Shown here: positions 1-9,178 of the stretch, piece by piece
Layout of the letters: each line of letters starts with the position of its first letter
Position numbering within the stretch: the stretch's first letter is position 1
Assembly (NCBI GenBank): GCA_018303855.1
Contig: JAGVXI010000007.1
Span: forward strand, 12,143 to 76,142
Direction of reading: 5' to 3'
DNA from: Candidatus Pacearchaeota archaeon
GTDB taxonomy: Archaea; Nanobdellota; Nanobdellia; Pacearchaeales; GW2011-AR1
DNA: 64,000 nucleotides
The notes under the pieces: model-generated
Seen by the model: only the letters and a program-made list of their open reading frames with translations
Databases searched by the model: none
Told to the model about the DNA's origin: nothing
Program-made: the position numbers and the translations under genes

Positions 1-1
1 G

Positions 2-352
2 CTCCATATCAAAAAAAAGTTCTTGAATGTTCATCTGGCAAAAGAGTTAAGAAAGAGATATGGAAGAAAAAACTTGCTGTTAAGAAAAGGGGATATTATT
101 AAAATTATGCGTGGGGAATTTAAGAAAAAAGAAGGAAAAGTTATCGCAATTAAAACAAAAACAAGCAAAGTGATTATTGAAGGGATAACTGTCAAAAAAC
201 AAGAAGGAGCTAAAGTAGAAGTACCAATACAAGCATCAAATTTGCAGGTTATTGAATTAAACTTAGAAGATAAAAAAAGATTGAAAGGATTAAATAGAGA
301 AAAACCAGTGGTTAATAAATCAAAGGAGAAAAACCAAGAGGAAAAGAAGTAA
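2..352 (+). CDS. rpl24: 50S ribosomal protein uL24 (KOW domain); 5' end probably lies upstream of the window
   Basis: KOW motif 'RKGDIIKIMRGEFKKKEGKVIAI'. The frame is open to the window start. Its position directly before eS4 matches the archaeal spc operon. Confidence 0.85.
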   Translation, partial: LHIKKKFLNVHLAKELRKRYGRKNLLLRKGDIIKIMRGEFKKKEGKVIAIKTKTSKVIIEGITVKKQEGAKVEVPIQASNLQVIELNLEDKKRLKGLNREKPVVNKSKEKNQEEKK

Positions 353-353
353 A

Positions 354-1007
354 ATGGCTTATTTAAAAAGACAAAAAGTGCCAAAAACCTGGCCTATAAC
401 AAGAAAGGGAACAGCTTATGTAGTTAAGCCCAGCTCTAACCTAAAAAATGGAATTCCAATTGTTATTGCTTTGAGAGACATGTTAAATCTTGCGCAGAAT
501 AGAAAAGAAGTAAAAAAAGCAATCCTAGAAAAAATAATTTTAATAAACAAAATGTCTGTTAAAAATGATAGAAAAGCAATGGTTTTATTTGATGTTTTGA
601 GTATTGTTCCGTCTAAAAAAGATTATAGGTTAATTATAAATGAAAGAGGAAAATTTAAATTAGAAGAGATAAATGAGGGTGAAGCAGGAAAAAAATTGGC
701 TAAGATAATCAATAAGAAGACATTAAAGGGCAAAAAAGTTCAGCTTAATTTAAGTGATGGAAGAAATATTTTAAGCAAAGAAAAGCACAACATAGGTGAT
801 TCGCTTATACTGACTTTCAAGGAGAATAAAATAGAAAAAACCCTGCCATTAAAAGATAATTCAAATGTTTTAATTTTTAGTGGAAAGCATTCTGGAACAA
901 AAGGCAAAATTGTTAAACTGAATAAAGAGAGTAAAACTGCTGAGATTGATACAGGAGAAAAAGGAAAGATTAATGTTCTAATTAAACAGCTGATGGTGAT
1001 AGAATAA
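354..1007 (+). CDS. rps4e: 30S ribosomal protein eS4
   Basis: N-terminus 'MAYLKRQKVPKTWPITRKGTAYVVKPS' matches the eS4 start. The 217-aa length and the position between uL24 and uL5 also fit. Confidence 0.9.
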   Translation: MAYLKRQKVPKTWPITRKGTAYVVKPSSNLKNGIPIVIALRDMLNLAQNRKEVKKAILEKIILINKMSVKNDRKAMVLFDVLSIVPSKKDYRLIINERGKFKLEEINEGEAGKKLAKIINKKTLKGKKVQLNLSDGRNILSKEKHNIGDSLILTFKENKIEKTLPLKDNSNVLIFSGKHSGTKGKIVKLNKESKTAEIDTGEKGKINVLIKQLMVIE

Positions 1008-1008
1008 A

Positions 1009-1524
1009 ATGGAAACAGCAAATACAACCGAAAATCCGATGAGAAAAATTAAAATTGAAAAAGTTGTTTTGAGCATAGGGGCGACTGGTGAAAACCTGGA
1101 AAAGGGGGTTAAATTGCTTCAGTTTTTAACGGGCAGAAAACCTGCAAGGATGATATCGAGAAAAAGAATTCCTACCTGGGATGTCAGGCCAAAGTTAGTA
1201 GTGGGAGCAGTTGTAACAGTCAGGAAAAATTCTGAAGAGATTTTGAAAAAAATGTTAGCAGCAATTGAGAATCAAATAAGAAAAAAGCAGGTTAGCGAGA
1301 ATAATTTTTCATTTGGATTAAAAGAGTATATTGAAATTCCTGGAGTTGAATACCAAAGGGATATTGGTATTATGGGCTTTGATGTTACGATAGTATTCAA
1401 AAGAGCTGGAAGAAGAGTAAAGATTAAAAAGCTTAAAAGAGGAAAAATACCTAAAAAACAAAAAATCTCTAAGCAGGAGATAATTAAATTTATGGAGGAT
1501 AAATTCAAAACAGAATTTCTCTAA
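1009..1524 (+). CDS. rpl5: 50S ribosomal protein uL5
   Basis: uL5-typical segments '[19 protein letters not shown]', '[19 protein letters not shown]' and '[17 protein letters not shown]'. Confidence 0.9.
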   Translation: METANTTENPMRKIKIEKVVLSIGATGENLEKGVKLLQFLTGRKPARMISRKRIPTWDVRPKLVVGAVVTVRKNSEEILKKMLAAIENQIRKKQVSENNFSFGLKEYIEIPGVEYQRDIGIMGFDVTIVFKRAGRRVKIKKLKRGKIPKKQKISKQEIIKFMEDKFKTEFL

Positions 1525-1531
1525 CAAAAAA

Positions 1532-1762
1532 ATGACAGCAAGTGATTGGAAAAAAATTTTGAAGCAGCTTAAGAGCAAACCAGCAATTATGCAAAAGTTT
1601 TTGAAGCATAATAAACCAAAAGAAAGGAAGTTTGGCATTGCAGCAAGAAAATGCGAAAGATGCGGGAGATTTGGAGCGCATATCAAGTCGTATGGTTTAA
1701 ACTTGTGCCGGCATTGTTTTCGCGAAATAGCAGAAGAAATCGGTTTTAAAAAATATAATTAA
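1532..1762 (+). CDS. rps14: 30S ribosomal protein uS14, zinc-binding type. The true start is probably the internal ATG at 1592, giving about 57 aa.
   Basis: C-terminal '[43 protein letters not shown]' carries the CxxC...CxxC Zn ribbon of archaeal S14. Confidence 0.85.
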   Translation: MTASDWKKILKQLKSKPAIMQKFLKHNKPKERKFGIAARKCERCGRFGAHIKSYGLNLCRHCFREIAEEIGFKKYN

Positions 1763-1763
1763 A

Positions 1764-2078
1764 ATGATAAATATTTCAGAAGAACAGCTTGATACTCTAA
1801 GGAAGATTTACTTAGATGAAAATGCCGGTTTTAGGTTAAAAGATGGAATAGAAAAAGTAATAGAAAAAAATCCGGAAGTGGTTCCAGCAATTATAGAATT
1901 GCTAGTTAAAAGATCAAATTTACCAGAGGAAATAAGAAAATATGAAAGATTGTTAAATGAATACACAGAAAGTGTTGATCAATTAAACCTAAACCCTTTA
2001 TCAACTCAAAACACTTATAGGGGCATAAATAGAGCCACAAATGCAATTAAAGATTGGGGGAGCGTAAGGAGTAAATAA
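1764..2078 (+). CDS. hypothetical protein (104 aa) inserted between rps14 and rps8
   Basis: Clean ORF packed between the S14 stop (1762) and the S8 start (2080). It has no recognisable r-protein or domain signature, and no gene occupies this position in canonical archaeal spc operons. Confidence 0.5.
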   Translation: MINISEEQLDTLRKIYLDENAGFRLKDGIEKVIEKNPEVVPAIIELLVKRSNLPEEIRKYERLLNEYTESVDQLNLNPLSTQNTYRGINRATNAIKDWGSVRSK

Positions 2079-2079
2079 A

Positions 2080-2460
2080 ATGTCACAAGATATTCTTGCT
2101 GATGCATTAAATAAAATAAGAAATGCCAACAGAGCTAGCAGAGAAAAAGTAAAGATAAGCATAATCTCAAACTTGCTTGTAGAAGTATTAAAAATTATGA
2201 GACAAAAAGGCATCGTTAAAGGTTACAGAATAGATAGCAAAGAAAAGTTTATAGAAGTTACAATTGGGAAAATGGAGGAGTGCAGGGCGATAAAACCGAG
2301 GTATACTGTAAATACAAGCCAAATTGAAAGGTATATCATAAGATATCTCCCAGGAAAGGGTTATGGAACAATTATTTTATCCACAAATAAAGGTTTAAAG
2401 ACGCATGAGGAAGCTCTAGAGGAAAATATTGGAGGATGCTTAATTGCATATTTTTACTAA
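2080..2460 (+). CDS. rps8: 30S ribosomal protein uS8
   Basis: 'DILADALNKIRNANRASREKVKI' and the C-terminal 'ILSTNKGLKTHEEA...GGCLIAYFY' are typical of uS8. Confidence 0.9.
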   Translation: MSQDILADALNKIRNANRASREKVKISIISNLLVEVLKIMRQKGIVKGYRIDSKEKFIEVTIGKMEECRAIKPRYTVNTSQIERYIIRYLPGKGYGTIILSTNKGLKTHEEALEENIGGCLIAYFY

Positions 2461-2475
2461 AAATGAAGATTAAAA

Positions 2476-3027
2476 TTGAATAAAATGAAAAAAGAAATTT
2501 TTAATGAAGTTGAAATCCCGGAAGGCATTGAAGCCAGAGTTGAAGGTAATGCTGTACTGATAAAGGGTCAGCTCGGAGAAATTAAGAGGGAGTTTAACAC
2601 CACAAATGTAAAAATTGAAATGAAGGAAAATAAAATTATAATTGGATGCAAAAAAGCAACAAAAAAAGAAAAAAAAGTTATAAATACTATTACAGTACAT
2701 GTAAAAAATATGATAAAAGGTGTCCAAGAAAAATTTGAATACAAACTAAAGGCTGTTTTTTCTCATTTTCCAATTAGCATTGAAGTGAAAGGCAAAGAAG
2801 CTCTTGTAAAAAACTTTTTGGGGGAAAAAAAACCCAGAAAAGTAAGTATCATAAAAGGAGTTGAAGTAGATGTTAATGGGCAAGAGATAAATATTAGTTC
2901 TATTAATAAAGAACTTGCGGGTCAAACTGCTGCAAATTTTGAAAAAGCTACGAGAATTCCTCTAAGGGACAGAAGGGTTTTTCAAGATGGCATATTCATA
3001 ACAGAGAAAGCTGGGAGGAAAATATAA
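2476..3027 (+). CDS. rpl6: 50S ribosomal protein uL6
   Basis: Two-domain L6 pattern: 'VEIPEGIEARVEGNAVLIKGQLGE', 'HFPISIEVKGKEALVKNFLGEKKPRKV'. Confidence 0.9.
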   Translation: MNKMKKEIFNEVEIPEGIEARVEGNAVLIKGQLGEIKREFNTTNVKIEMKENKIIIGCKKATKKEKKVINTITVHVKNMIKGVQEKFEYKLKAVFSHFPISIEVKGKEALVKNFLGEKKPRKVSIIKGVEVDVNGQEINISSINKELAGQTAANFEKATRIPLRDRRVFQDGIFITEKAGRKI

Positions 3028-3461
3028 TGGCGAAGAAAAGATTTTTAAGAAGACTTACAAACAGATACCTAAAGCTTGGGAAAAAAAGAAAGAAGAAACA
3101 AAAATGGAGAAAGCCGAAAGGAAGACATAATAAAATGAGAGAAAAAGAAAGAGGATACCCGGCAGTCGTTAGCATTGGCTATAGAAAAAATAGAAATGAA
3201 AGAGGATTGATTAAAAACCAAACTCCAGTTGAAATAAAAAACCTATCAGATATTAAAAAAATTGGAAAAAACAAAATTGCAGTTTTAGGAAGAATAGGTA
3301 AAAAAAATAGAATAGATATTGCAAAAGCTGCAGAAAAAGAGAAAGTAACATTCGCCAATTTTAACGTAAAGAAATTCTTAAAAAAATTAAAAGAAAAAAC
3401 AGTAGTAAAGGAAAAACCCAAAAAAGAAGACAAAACTGGAAACAATGAGGCAACAAAATGA
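3027..3461 (+). CDS. rpl32e: 50S ribosomal protein eL32
   Basis: 'KWRKPKGRHNKMREKERGYPAVVSIGYRKNRNERGL' matches the eL32 core. Lys-rich. Confidence 0.85.
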   Translation: MAKKRFLRRLTNRYLKLGKKRKKKQKWRKPKGRHNKMREKERGYPAVVSIGYRKNRNERGLIKNQTPVEIKNLSDIKKIGKNKIAVLGRIGKKNRIDIAKAAEKEKVTFANFNVKKFLKKLKEKTVVKEKPKKEDKTGNNEATK

Positions 3462-3862
3462 AATTAGACAAAAAAAAGCAATTAGCAGCAAGAACTCTTA
3501 ATGTTGGTAAGAACAGAATAATTTTTGTACAATCAAGATTAGATGAAATCAAAGAAGCAATTACAAAACAAGATATACGTGACTTGCACAAGGGAGGCGC
3601 AATTATAGTAAAGAAAGTAAAAGGAAGAAAAAAAGTTGGGCAAAAAAATAAAAACAGAACCCCAGGAAACATCAGAAAAAAAATCAATAAACGAAAACAA
3701 GATTATGTTAAAATGACTAGAAAACTTAGAGTTTATATATCTGAACTTAAAAATCAAAAAAGATTAACAGTAGAACAGATAAGAGAAATAAGGAAAAAAA
3801 TAAGAAACAGGGTTTTTAAAAGCAAAGCCAGCTTGAAGGAGTATATTGGAGGACTAAAGTAA
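3458..3862 (+). CDS. rpl19e: 50S ribosomal protein eL19
   Basis: N-terminus 'KKKQLAARTLNVGKNRIIFVQSRLDEI' matches the eL19 'LQKRLAASVL.CGK.KVWLDPNE' pattern. Confidence 0.85.
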   Translation: MKLDKKKQLAARTLNVGKNRIIFVQSRLDEIKEAITKQDIRDLHKGGAIIVKKVKGRKKVGQKNKNRTPGNIRKKINKRKQDYVKMTRKLRVYISELKNQKRLTVEQIREIRKKIRNRVFKSKASLKEYIGGLK

Positions 3863-3907
3863 AATGAAAAGAACATTAAAAATCAATAAAATTTTTAAGC
3901 TTCCATT

Positions 3908-4420
3908 TTGCAAGGAAGCGACAGCAAAATGAAAACATTAAAACGCCGAAGACAGGAAAATAAAACAGATTATGCCAAGAGAATTAAATTGCTTAAAGGG
4001 GAGTTGCCCAGGATTGTAATTAGAAAAACAAATAAGTATATCAGTATACAGCATGTTACAAGCAAAGAAGCTCAGGATAAAATAGAGGCGGGAATTAATT
4101 CAAAGGTTTTACTAAACTATGGATGGCCAAAAGAAGCCAAAGGAAGTTTAAAATCAATTCCTGCTGCATATCTAACAGGATATTTGTTTGGTAAAAAAAT
4201 ATCCCAACAAGGAAAAGAAAAAGATATTATAATAGATTTTGGAATGATTAGAAATTTGCATAAAACAAAGATTTATGCTGCTGTAAAGGGGCTTATTGAT
4301 GCTGGCGTGCAAATTAAATATAAAAAAGACATTTTTCCCGACGAAAACAGGATTAAAGGGAACCACATGAAAAATAAAATTAATGTGGAATCAATTAAAT
4401 CTAAGATAACAAAGGAATAA
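3908..4420 (+). CDS. rpl18: 50S ribosomal protein uL18
   Basis: 'KTLKRRRQENKTDYAKRIKLLKGELPRIVIRKTNKYISIQ' matches the archaeal L18/eukaryotic L5 family. An alternative start is the 'MKTLKRRR' ATG 21 nt downstream. Confidence 0.85.
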   Translation: MQGSDSKMKTLKRRRQENKTDYAKRIKLLKGELPRIVIRKTNKYISIQHVTSKEAQDKIEAGINSKVLLNYGWPKEAKGSLKSIPAAYLTGYLFGKKISQQGKEKDIIIDFGMIRNLHKTKIYAAVKGLIDAGVQIKYKKDIFPDENRIKGNHMKNKINVESIKSKITKE

Positions 4421-4440
4421 AATTAAAACAACTAATTAAA

Positions 4441-5238
4441 ATGGCAGAAAGTGAAACTGAAAAAAAAGCAAGTGAAGAAAGACTTGACGAAAAAGCAGAA
4501 GAAGCCATTGTAAAGATTGAAGAGCGGGAAATAAAAAGAAAATCTTTTGAAGAGAAGAGAAAAGAAGAGTTGAAAACAAAGATTGCTTCATGGGTTCCAA
4601 AAACAAAATTAGGCAAAAAAGTTAAGAGCGGGGAAATTAAAGAAATTGATTATATTCTTGACAATAATTTAAAGATACTTGAATCAGAAATTGTTGACTC
4701 CTTACTTGAGGTTAAATCTGATCTAATATTAATTGGGCAGTCAAAAGGCAAATTTGGCGGGGGAAAAAGAAGAGCATGGAGGCAAACCCAAAGAAAGACA
4801 AAAGAGGGAAATATCCCAACTTTTTCAGCATTAGCTATTGTAGGGGATGAAAATGGGCATGTGGGAGTTGGAACCGGAAAAGCAAAAGAAACTCTTCCTG
4901 CAAGAGACAAAGCAATGAGAAAAGCCAAACTTGAAATAATTAAGACAAAAAGAGATTGCGCTAGTTTTTATTGCTCTTGCGGTCAGCCACATAGTCTTCC
5001 ATTTAAAGTAGAAGGAAAAGCTGGAAGCGCTAGAGTTGTGCTAATTCCTGCGCCCCAGGGAACTGGATTAGTTGTCGGAAGAGAATTAAGAAAAGTCCTG
5101 AAACTTGTAGGGATAAAAGATGTTTATAGCAAAACTTTTGGCAAGAAAAGAACTACTTTTAATTTAGTTAAAGCATGCATAGATGCATTAAAAAAAACCA
5201 ATCGTACTGGAATTAAACACTGGAAAAATGAAAAATGA
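4441..5238 (+). CDS. rps5: 30S ribosomal protein uS5, with a roughly 50-aa KE-rich N-terminal extension
   Basis: 'ALAIVGDENGHVGVGTGKAKE', 'GKAGSARVVLIPAPQGTGLVVGRELRKVLKLVGIKDVYSKTFG'. Confidence 0.9.
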   Translation: MAESETEKKASEERLDEKAEEAIVKIEEREIKRKSFEEKRKEELKTKIASWVPKTKLGKKVKSGEIKEIDYILDNNLKILESEIVDSLLEVKSDLILIGQSKGKFGGGKRRAWRQTQRKTKEGNIPTFSALAIVGDENGHVGVGTGKAKETLPARDKAMRKAKLEIIKTKRDCASFYCSCGQPHSLPFKVEGKAGSARVVLIPAPQGTGLVVGRELRKVLKLVGIKDVYSKTFGKKRTTFNLVKACIDALKKTNRTGIKHWKNEK

Positions 5239-5651
5239 TAGCAATAATAAGGATTAAAGGATTGGTAAAAATAAAAGAACCTTTGCAAAAAACCCTGTAT
5301 AACTTAAGATTAAGAAGGAAATATGTATGTGTTATAATTAGTGAAACAAAGGAAAATATGGGGATGATAAAAAAAATCAGCAGTTTCGTTGCATTTGGGC
5401 AGGTGAATAAGGAAACTCTTGAAAAATTAATTGAAAAGAGAGGCAAACTAATTGATAAAAATAAAAAAATTGATGCTAAGAAAGCTGCTGAAGAGATTAT
5501 TAAAGGAATAAAATGCGAAAAGGTAAACTTAAAACCATTTTTTAGGCTGCATCCTCCGCGAGGTGGCATTAAATCAAAAGTTGCTTTTCCAAAAGGTGTT
5601 CTTGGAAATCATGGTGAAAAAATAAATGATTTGATAATGAGGATGCTGTAA
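5235..5651 (+). CDS. rpl30: 50S ribosomal protein uL30 (archaeal long form)
   Basis: 'IAIIRIKGLVKIKEPLQKTLYNLRLRRKYVCVII' matches the uL30 fold. It sits at the expected position. Confidence 0.85.
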   Translation: MIAIIRIKGLVKIKEPLQKTLYNLRLRRKYVCVIISETKENMGMIKKISSFVAFGQVNKETLEKLIEKRGKLIDKNKKIDAKKAAEEIIKGIKCEKVNLKPFFRLHPPRGGIKSKVAFPKGVLGNHGEKINDLIMRML

Positions 5652-5652
5652 A

Positions 5653-6240
5653 ATGACGCACAAAACCCACAAAAGAAAAAAGGCGTCGAGAATGCAGGGA
5701 AGAGGCATGGGAACTCATGGGTCAGGTTCAAGAAAAAACAACAGAAAATCTGGGAATAGAGGAGGAAAAGGAATGGCAGGAACTGGAAAAAGAGCTGACC
5801 AGAAAAAAACACTTATAACCAAGCTTTATGGAAATGATTATTTTGGAAAAGAGGGGGTAAAGAGAAAAAAGCCAAAGATAGATGCTATAAACTTAAGGGA
5901 TATTGAACTGAATCTTGGTAATTATCTGAAAAAAGGCATTGCAAAATCATTAAAAGACGGAATTGAAATTGATTTAAGCAATCATAAAATACTTGGTGAT
6001 GGAGATTTAAAACAAAAGTTAATTATAAAAGCCAAGGCTGCTTCAAAAGCATCAATAGACAAAGTAACAAAACTTGGTGGAGAAATTATTTTGCCAAAAC
6101 AAAATAAAAAAGTTAATGATAAAACTACTCAAGAAAGTAATGTTCCAATTAGCAATAAGTCAGAGAAAATCGGGTTAGACCAAAAATTAAAAAGCAAACT
6201 TGCCATAAGAAAGCCAAAAGTTAGCAATAAAGAGGCTTAA
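5653..6240 (+). CDS. rpl15: 50S ribosomal protein uL15, with a Lys-rich C-terminal tail
   Basis: Gly/Arg-rich N-terminus 'RMQGRGMGTHGSGSRKNNRKSGNRGGKGMAGTGKR' is typical of uL15. Confidence 0.85.
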   Translation: MTHKTHKRKKASRMQGRGMGTHGSGSRKNNRKSGNRGGKGMAGTGKRADQKKTLITKLYGNDYFGKEGVKRKKPKIDAINLRDIELNLGNYLKKGIAKSLKDGIEIDLSNHKILGDGDLKQKLIIKAKAASKASIDKVTKLGGEIILPKQNKKVNDKTTQESNVPISNKSEKIGLDQKLKSKLAIRKPKVSNKEA

Positions 6241-6341
6241 GATAATAATATGCAAGCTGGTGATAAAGTGAGTTAATATAATTTAGCCTATATGTTAAAT
6301 AATAAACCTTAAAGCAAGCTAAAAATAATAAAAAATAAAAG

Positions 6342-7805
6342 ATGGATTGGAAAAACATATTTACATTTATTCCAGAAGTTAGAAAATCTGAAGAGAAAAA
6401 ATTAAGTTTTAACATTAAGCTTAAATGGACTTTAATTGTCCTTATCTCTTTTTTTGTTTTGGCTAATATCCCTCTTTTTGGATTATCAAAAAATGCTCTT
6501 GCGAGATTTGAATACTTAGCGATTATACTTGGAACAGAATTTGGCTCTATTATCAGTTTGGGAATTGGGCCTATTGTAATGGCTTCTATTATTTTGCAGT
6601 TGCTGGTAGGAGCAAAAATTCTTAATATTGATACAACAACAAGTGAAGGAAGGAGATTTTTTCAGGGGTTGCAAAAACTTCTGGTCATGTTTTTTATAAT
6701 TTTTGAGGCAACAATTTATGTGGTTATGCAGGGGTTGCAAGCAGATCCTGCTTTGACTTATGGAGTCCAGATATTGATTTTTCAATTAATACTTGGTGGC
6801 TTAGCTATCTTTTATATGGATGATTTAATGCAGAAATGGGGATTTGGCAGTGGAGTTAGCATGTTTATCGCAGCAGGAGTTAGCTGGAATTTGATTGCAA
6901 GAGCTTTCCAGTTTATTGGAAAAGACCCTGTTACAGGGGGAATAATAATTCAGTATAGTGGCAAGATATTTGTGTTTATACAATCTCTTGTAGGTAAAGA
7001 TGTTACTGGCGCAACTTCTGCACTTGCTGCAATTTTAGTTACAATTTTAATATTTCTAATGGTTGTTTGGGCACAGTCTTTGAAAGTAGAAATTCCATTA
7101 TCATTTGGCAGGCTCAGAGGGTATAGCGTCAAATGGCCACTTGTTTTTTTCTATGCAAGTGTTATCCCAGTTATTTTAGTTGCAGCATTAATGGCAAACC
7201 TTCAGTTATTTGGGGGGTTAATGGAAAATGCAGCTCAGCCTTGTTTTAATGATAACAGCATTCTTGACAGAAGTCTTGAAACTTGCACAGGTGGAGCAAA
7301 AATTTCATCTTTTTTTACATTCTTAGGAAAATTTACTGATGGTATTCCAATTGGGGGGTTTGCGTTTTGGATTGGCTCTACAAACATAGTAGACCTTTTA
7401 ATCAGGAAATCTTTTTCAATGATATACTTATGGCAAGCTTTAGTTCACACAATATTTTTTGTAATATTTGCGACACTATTTTCTGTATTTTGGGTAAAAA
7501 CTGCTAATATAGATTCAAAAGCACAGGCAAAAAATATTATGGCTTCTGGACTACAAGTTTCTGGGTTTAGGCAAGATGAAAGAGTTTTAGAGAGCATATT
7601 AGATAGATATATTATGCCCTTAACAGTAATGGGCGGTGCAGCTGTAGGACTTCTTGCTTCACTTACAGATTTATTTGGGGCTTTGGTAAGCGGAACAGCA
7701 ATGCTACTGGTTATTATGATTATGTTCCAATTCTATCAAAACATTGCTAAACAGCACGAAGTCGATATGCACCCTGCAGTAAGAAAGTTTATGGGTGGGG
7801 GATAA
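6342..7805 (+). CDS. secY: preprotein translocase subunit SecY
   Basis: 487-aa protein with 10 TM segments. It follows rpl15 as in all archaeal spc operons. Confidence 0.9.
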   Translation: MDWKNIFTFIPEVRKSEEKKLSFNIKLKWTLIVLISFFVLANIPLFGLSKNALARFEYLAIILGTEFGSIISLGIGPIVMASIILQLLVGAKILNIDTTTSEGRRFFQGLQKLLVMFFIIFEATIYVVMQGLQADPALTYGVQILIFQLILGGLAIFYMDDLMQKWGFGSGVSMFIAAGVSWNLIARAFQFIGKDPVTGGIIIQYSGKIFVFIQSLVGKDVTGATSALAAILVTILIFLMVVWAQSLKVEIPLSFGRLRGYSVKWPLVFFYASVIPVILVAALMANLQLFGGLMENAAQPCFNDNSILDRSLETCTGGAKISSFFTFLGKFTDGIPIGGFAFWIGSTNIVDLLIRKSFSMIYLWQALVHTIFFVIFATLFSVFWVKTANIDSKAQAKNIMASGLQVSGFRQDERVLESILDRYIMPLTVMGGAAVGLLASLTDLFGALVSGTAMLLVIMIMFQFYQNIAKQHEVDMHPAVRKFMGGG

Positions 7806-7998
7806 GTTTGATTTGAAAAAGTTAGCAAATTTTTAATATTTATTCAAAATACCACTAAATAAAATCAGTTAATATATTCTAACTATTAGACGCTAATTAT
7901 AAGATATACTATCCTAAATATAGGGACATCAAGGTTTAAAACATATAAAAAAGCCCAAACTTTAAAAACTAATTTTTGCTTAGACAATAAGATAAAAA

Positions 7999-8403
7999 AT
8001 GGGAATTGTAGGATTAATGGCTGTTTATCCAAAGCTAAGTGTGATTATGCTTTCTTTTTTAGTCACACTTGTAATGACTCTTGTCACAAAAAAGTTTACC
8101 AATCAAAACCGAATGAAAGAGCTTAAAGAAATACAAAAAAAGTGCAAAATTGATTTAAAAGACGCTAAAAACGACCCTGAAAAAATCAAAAAGATTAATG
8201 TTCAAATGATGGAATGCTCTATGGAATTAATGAAGCATTCATTCAAACCAATGTTTTATACATTTATTCCGTTAATTTTATTTTTTTGGTGGATAAAGGG
8301 AGTTTATGTTGAAACAACTTTGGCAAGCACATGGATTTGGTGGTATATTGGCGCAAGCATTGTTTCCAGCATGATACTCAGGAAAGTTTTGAAAGTTGCG
8401 TGA
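7999..8403 (+). CDS. small integral membrane protein of the DUF106 / YidC-Oxa1-EMC3-like family (minimal form)
   Basis: Topology is TM1, then a KE-rich coiled-coil loop, then TM2 and TM3, all in 134 aa. In archaea the spc operon is typically followed by adk, DUF106 and cmk; here only the DUF106-like gene is present. Confidence 0.5.
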   Translation: MGIVGLMAVYPKLSVIMLSFLVTLVMTLVTKKFTNQNRMKELKEIQKKCKIDLKDAKNDPEKIKKINVQMMECSMELMKHSFKPMFYTFIPLILFFWWIKGVYVETTLASTWIWWYIGASIVSSMILRKVLKVA

Positions 8404-8550
8404 TGAATTACTCCAGATATAATAGGTTAATAAGCTCAATAATAATTCTTATAGTTGGAAGTTGTTAGTGGTTACAGACTTAAAAGATTAAATGGCGGAT
8501 AAATTATCTTTAAAGAAACCTTTAAAAGTCCTTTTTCTTTTTGATGAATC

Positions 8551-8952
8551 ATGAACCAAGAAGAGATTATTTATTATTTAAGCATGATAGAACAGCAAGC
8601 TCGCCAATTGCAAGAGCAATTGCAATCAATTGAGCAAGGGGTAATTGAATTAGCTTCGCTTAACTTAGGATTAAATGAACTTGAAGGCAAAAAAGACAAA
8701 GAGATATTCGCTCCCCTTGGCAGAGGCATATTTGTGAAAGCAAAATTAGTATCTGAAAAGCTAAATGTTGACATTGGTGGGAAAAACTTTGTTGAGAAAA
8801 GCATCCCAGATACAAAAAAGCTAATCCAAGAACAAATAAAAAAGCTTGAAGAGATAAAAAAAGAGTTGATGAAAGAGCTCGAAAAGCTTAATAAAGATGC
8901 AGAAAAAATTATTGAAGAAGCTAAAAAAGAGGCCGAAAAGAAAAAGAGATGA
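8551..8952 (+). CDS. pfdA: prefoldin alpha subunit-like protein
   Basis: Coiled coil, then two beta-hairpin motifs ('IFAPLGRGIFVKAKL', 'LNVDIGGKNFVEKS'), then a second coiled coil, as in prefoldin alpha. Confidence 0.55.
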   Translation: MNQEEIIYYLSMIEQQARQLQEQLQSIEQGVIELASLNLGLNELEGKKDKEIFAPLGRGIFVKAKLVSEKLNVDIGGKNFVEKSIPDTKKLIQEQIKKLEEIKKELMKELEKLNKDAEKIIEEAKKEAEKKKR

Positions 8953-9178
8953 TGATTAATTATGTTTCTCTATTAATTAAGTGATATTTTATCCAACATC
9001 AGCTTCCATTTAACATGCATTACTTCTATTGATAATTCCCTTAATTAGGGCACTTGTTTTGGGAATTTCCCAGATAGATAATTCTGAAAAGAAAGTGTTA
9101 CGATTAACAGAATTATCTATAATTAAATAAAAAGTGCTTACATTAATTATTTAAAGATACCTTCTTTCCATTATAAAT

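Noticed and set aside
31-1027. Minus-strand ORFs (31..384, 740..1027) antisense to uL24, eS4 and uL5
   Set aside because: They lie entirely inside confidently identified r-protein genes on the opposite strand. Their proteins are low-complexity Phe/Leu/Ser-rich, typical of antisense reading through AT-rich, Lys-rich coding sequence.
3865-3933. 22-aa mini-ORF (MKRTLKINKIFKLPFCKEATAK) between rpl19e and rpl18
   Set aside because: It is too short and overlaps the likely rpl18 start region. It is probably the untranslated spacer or part of an alternative rpl18 start.
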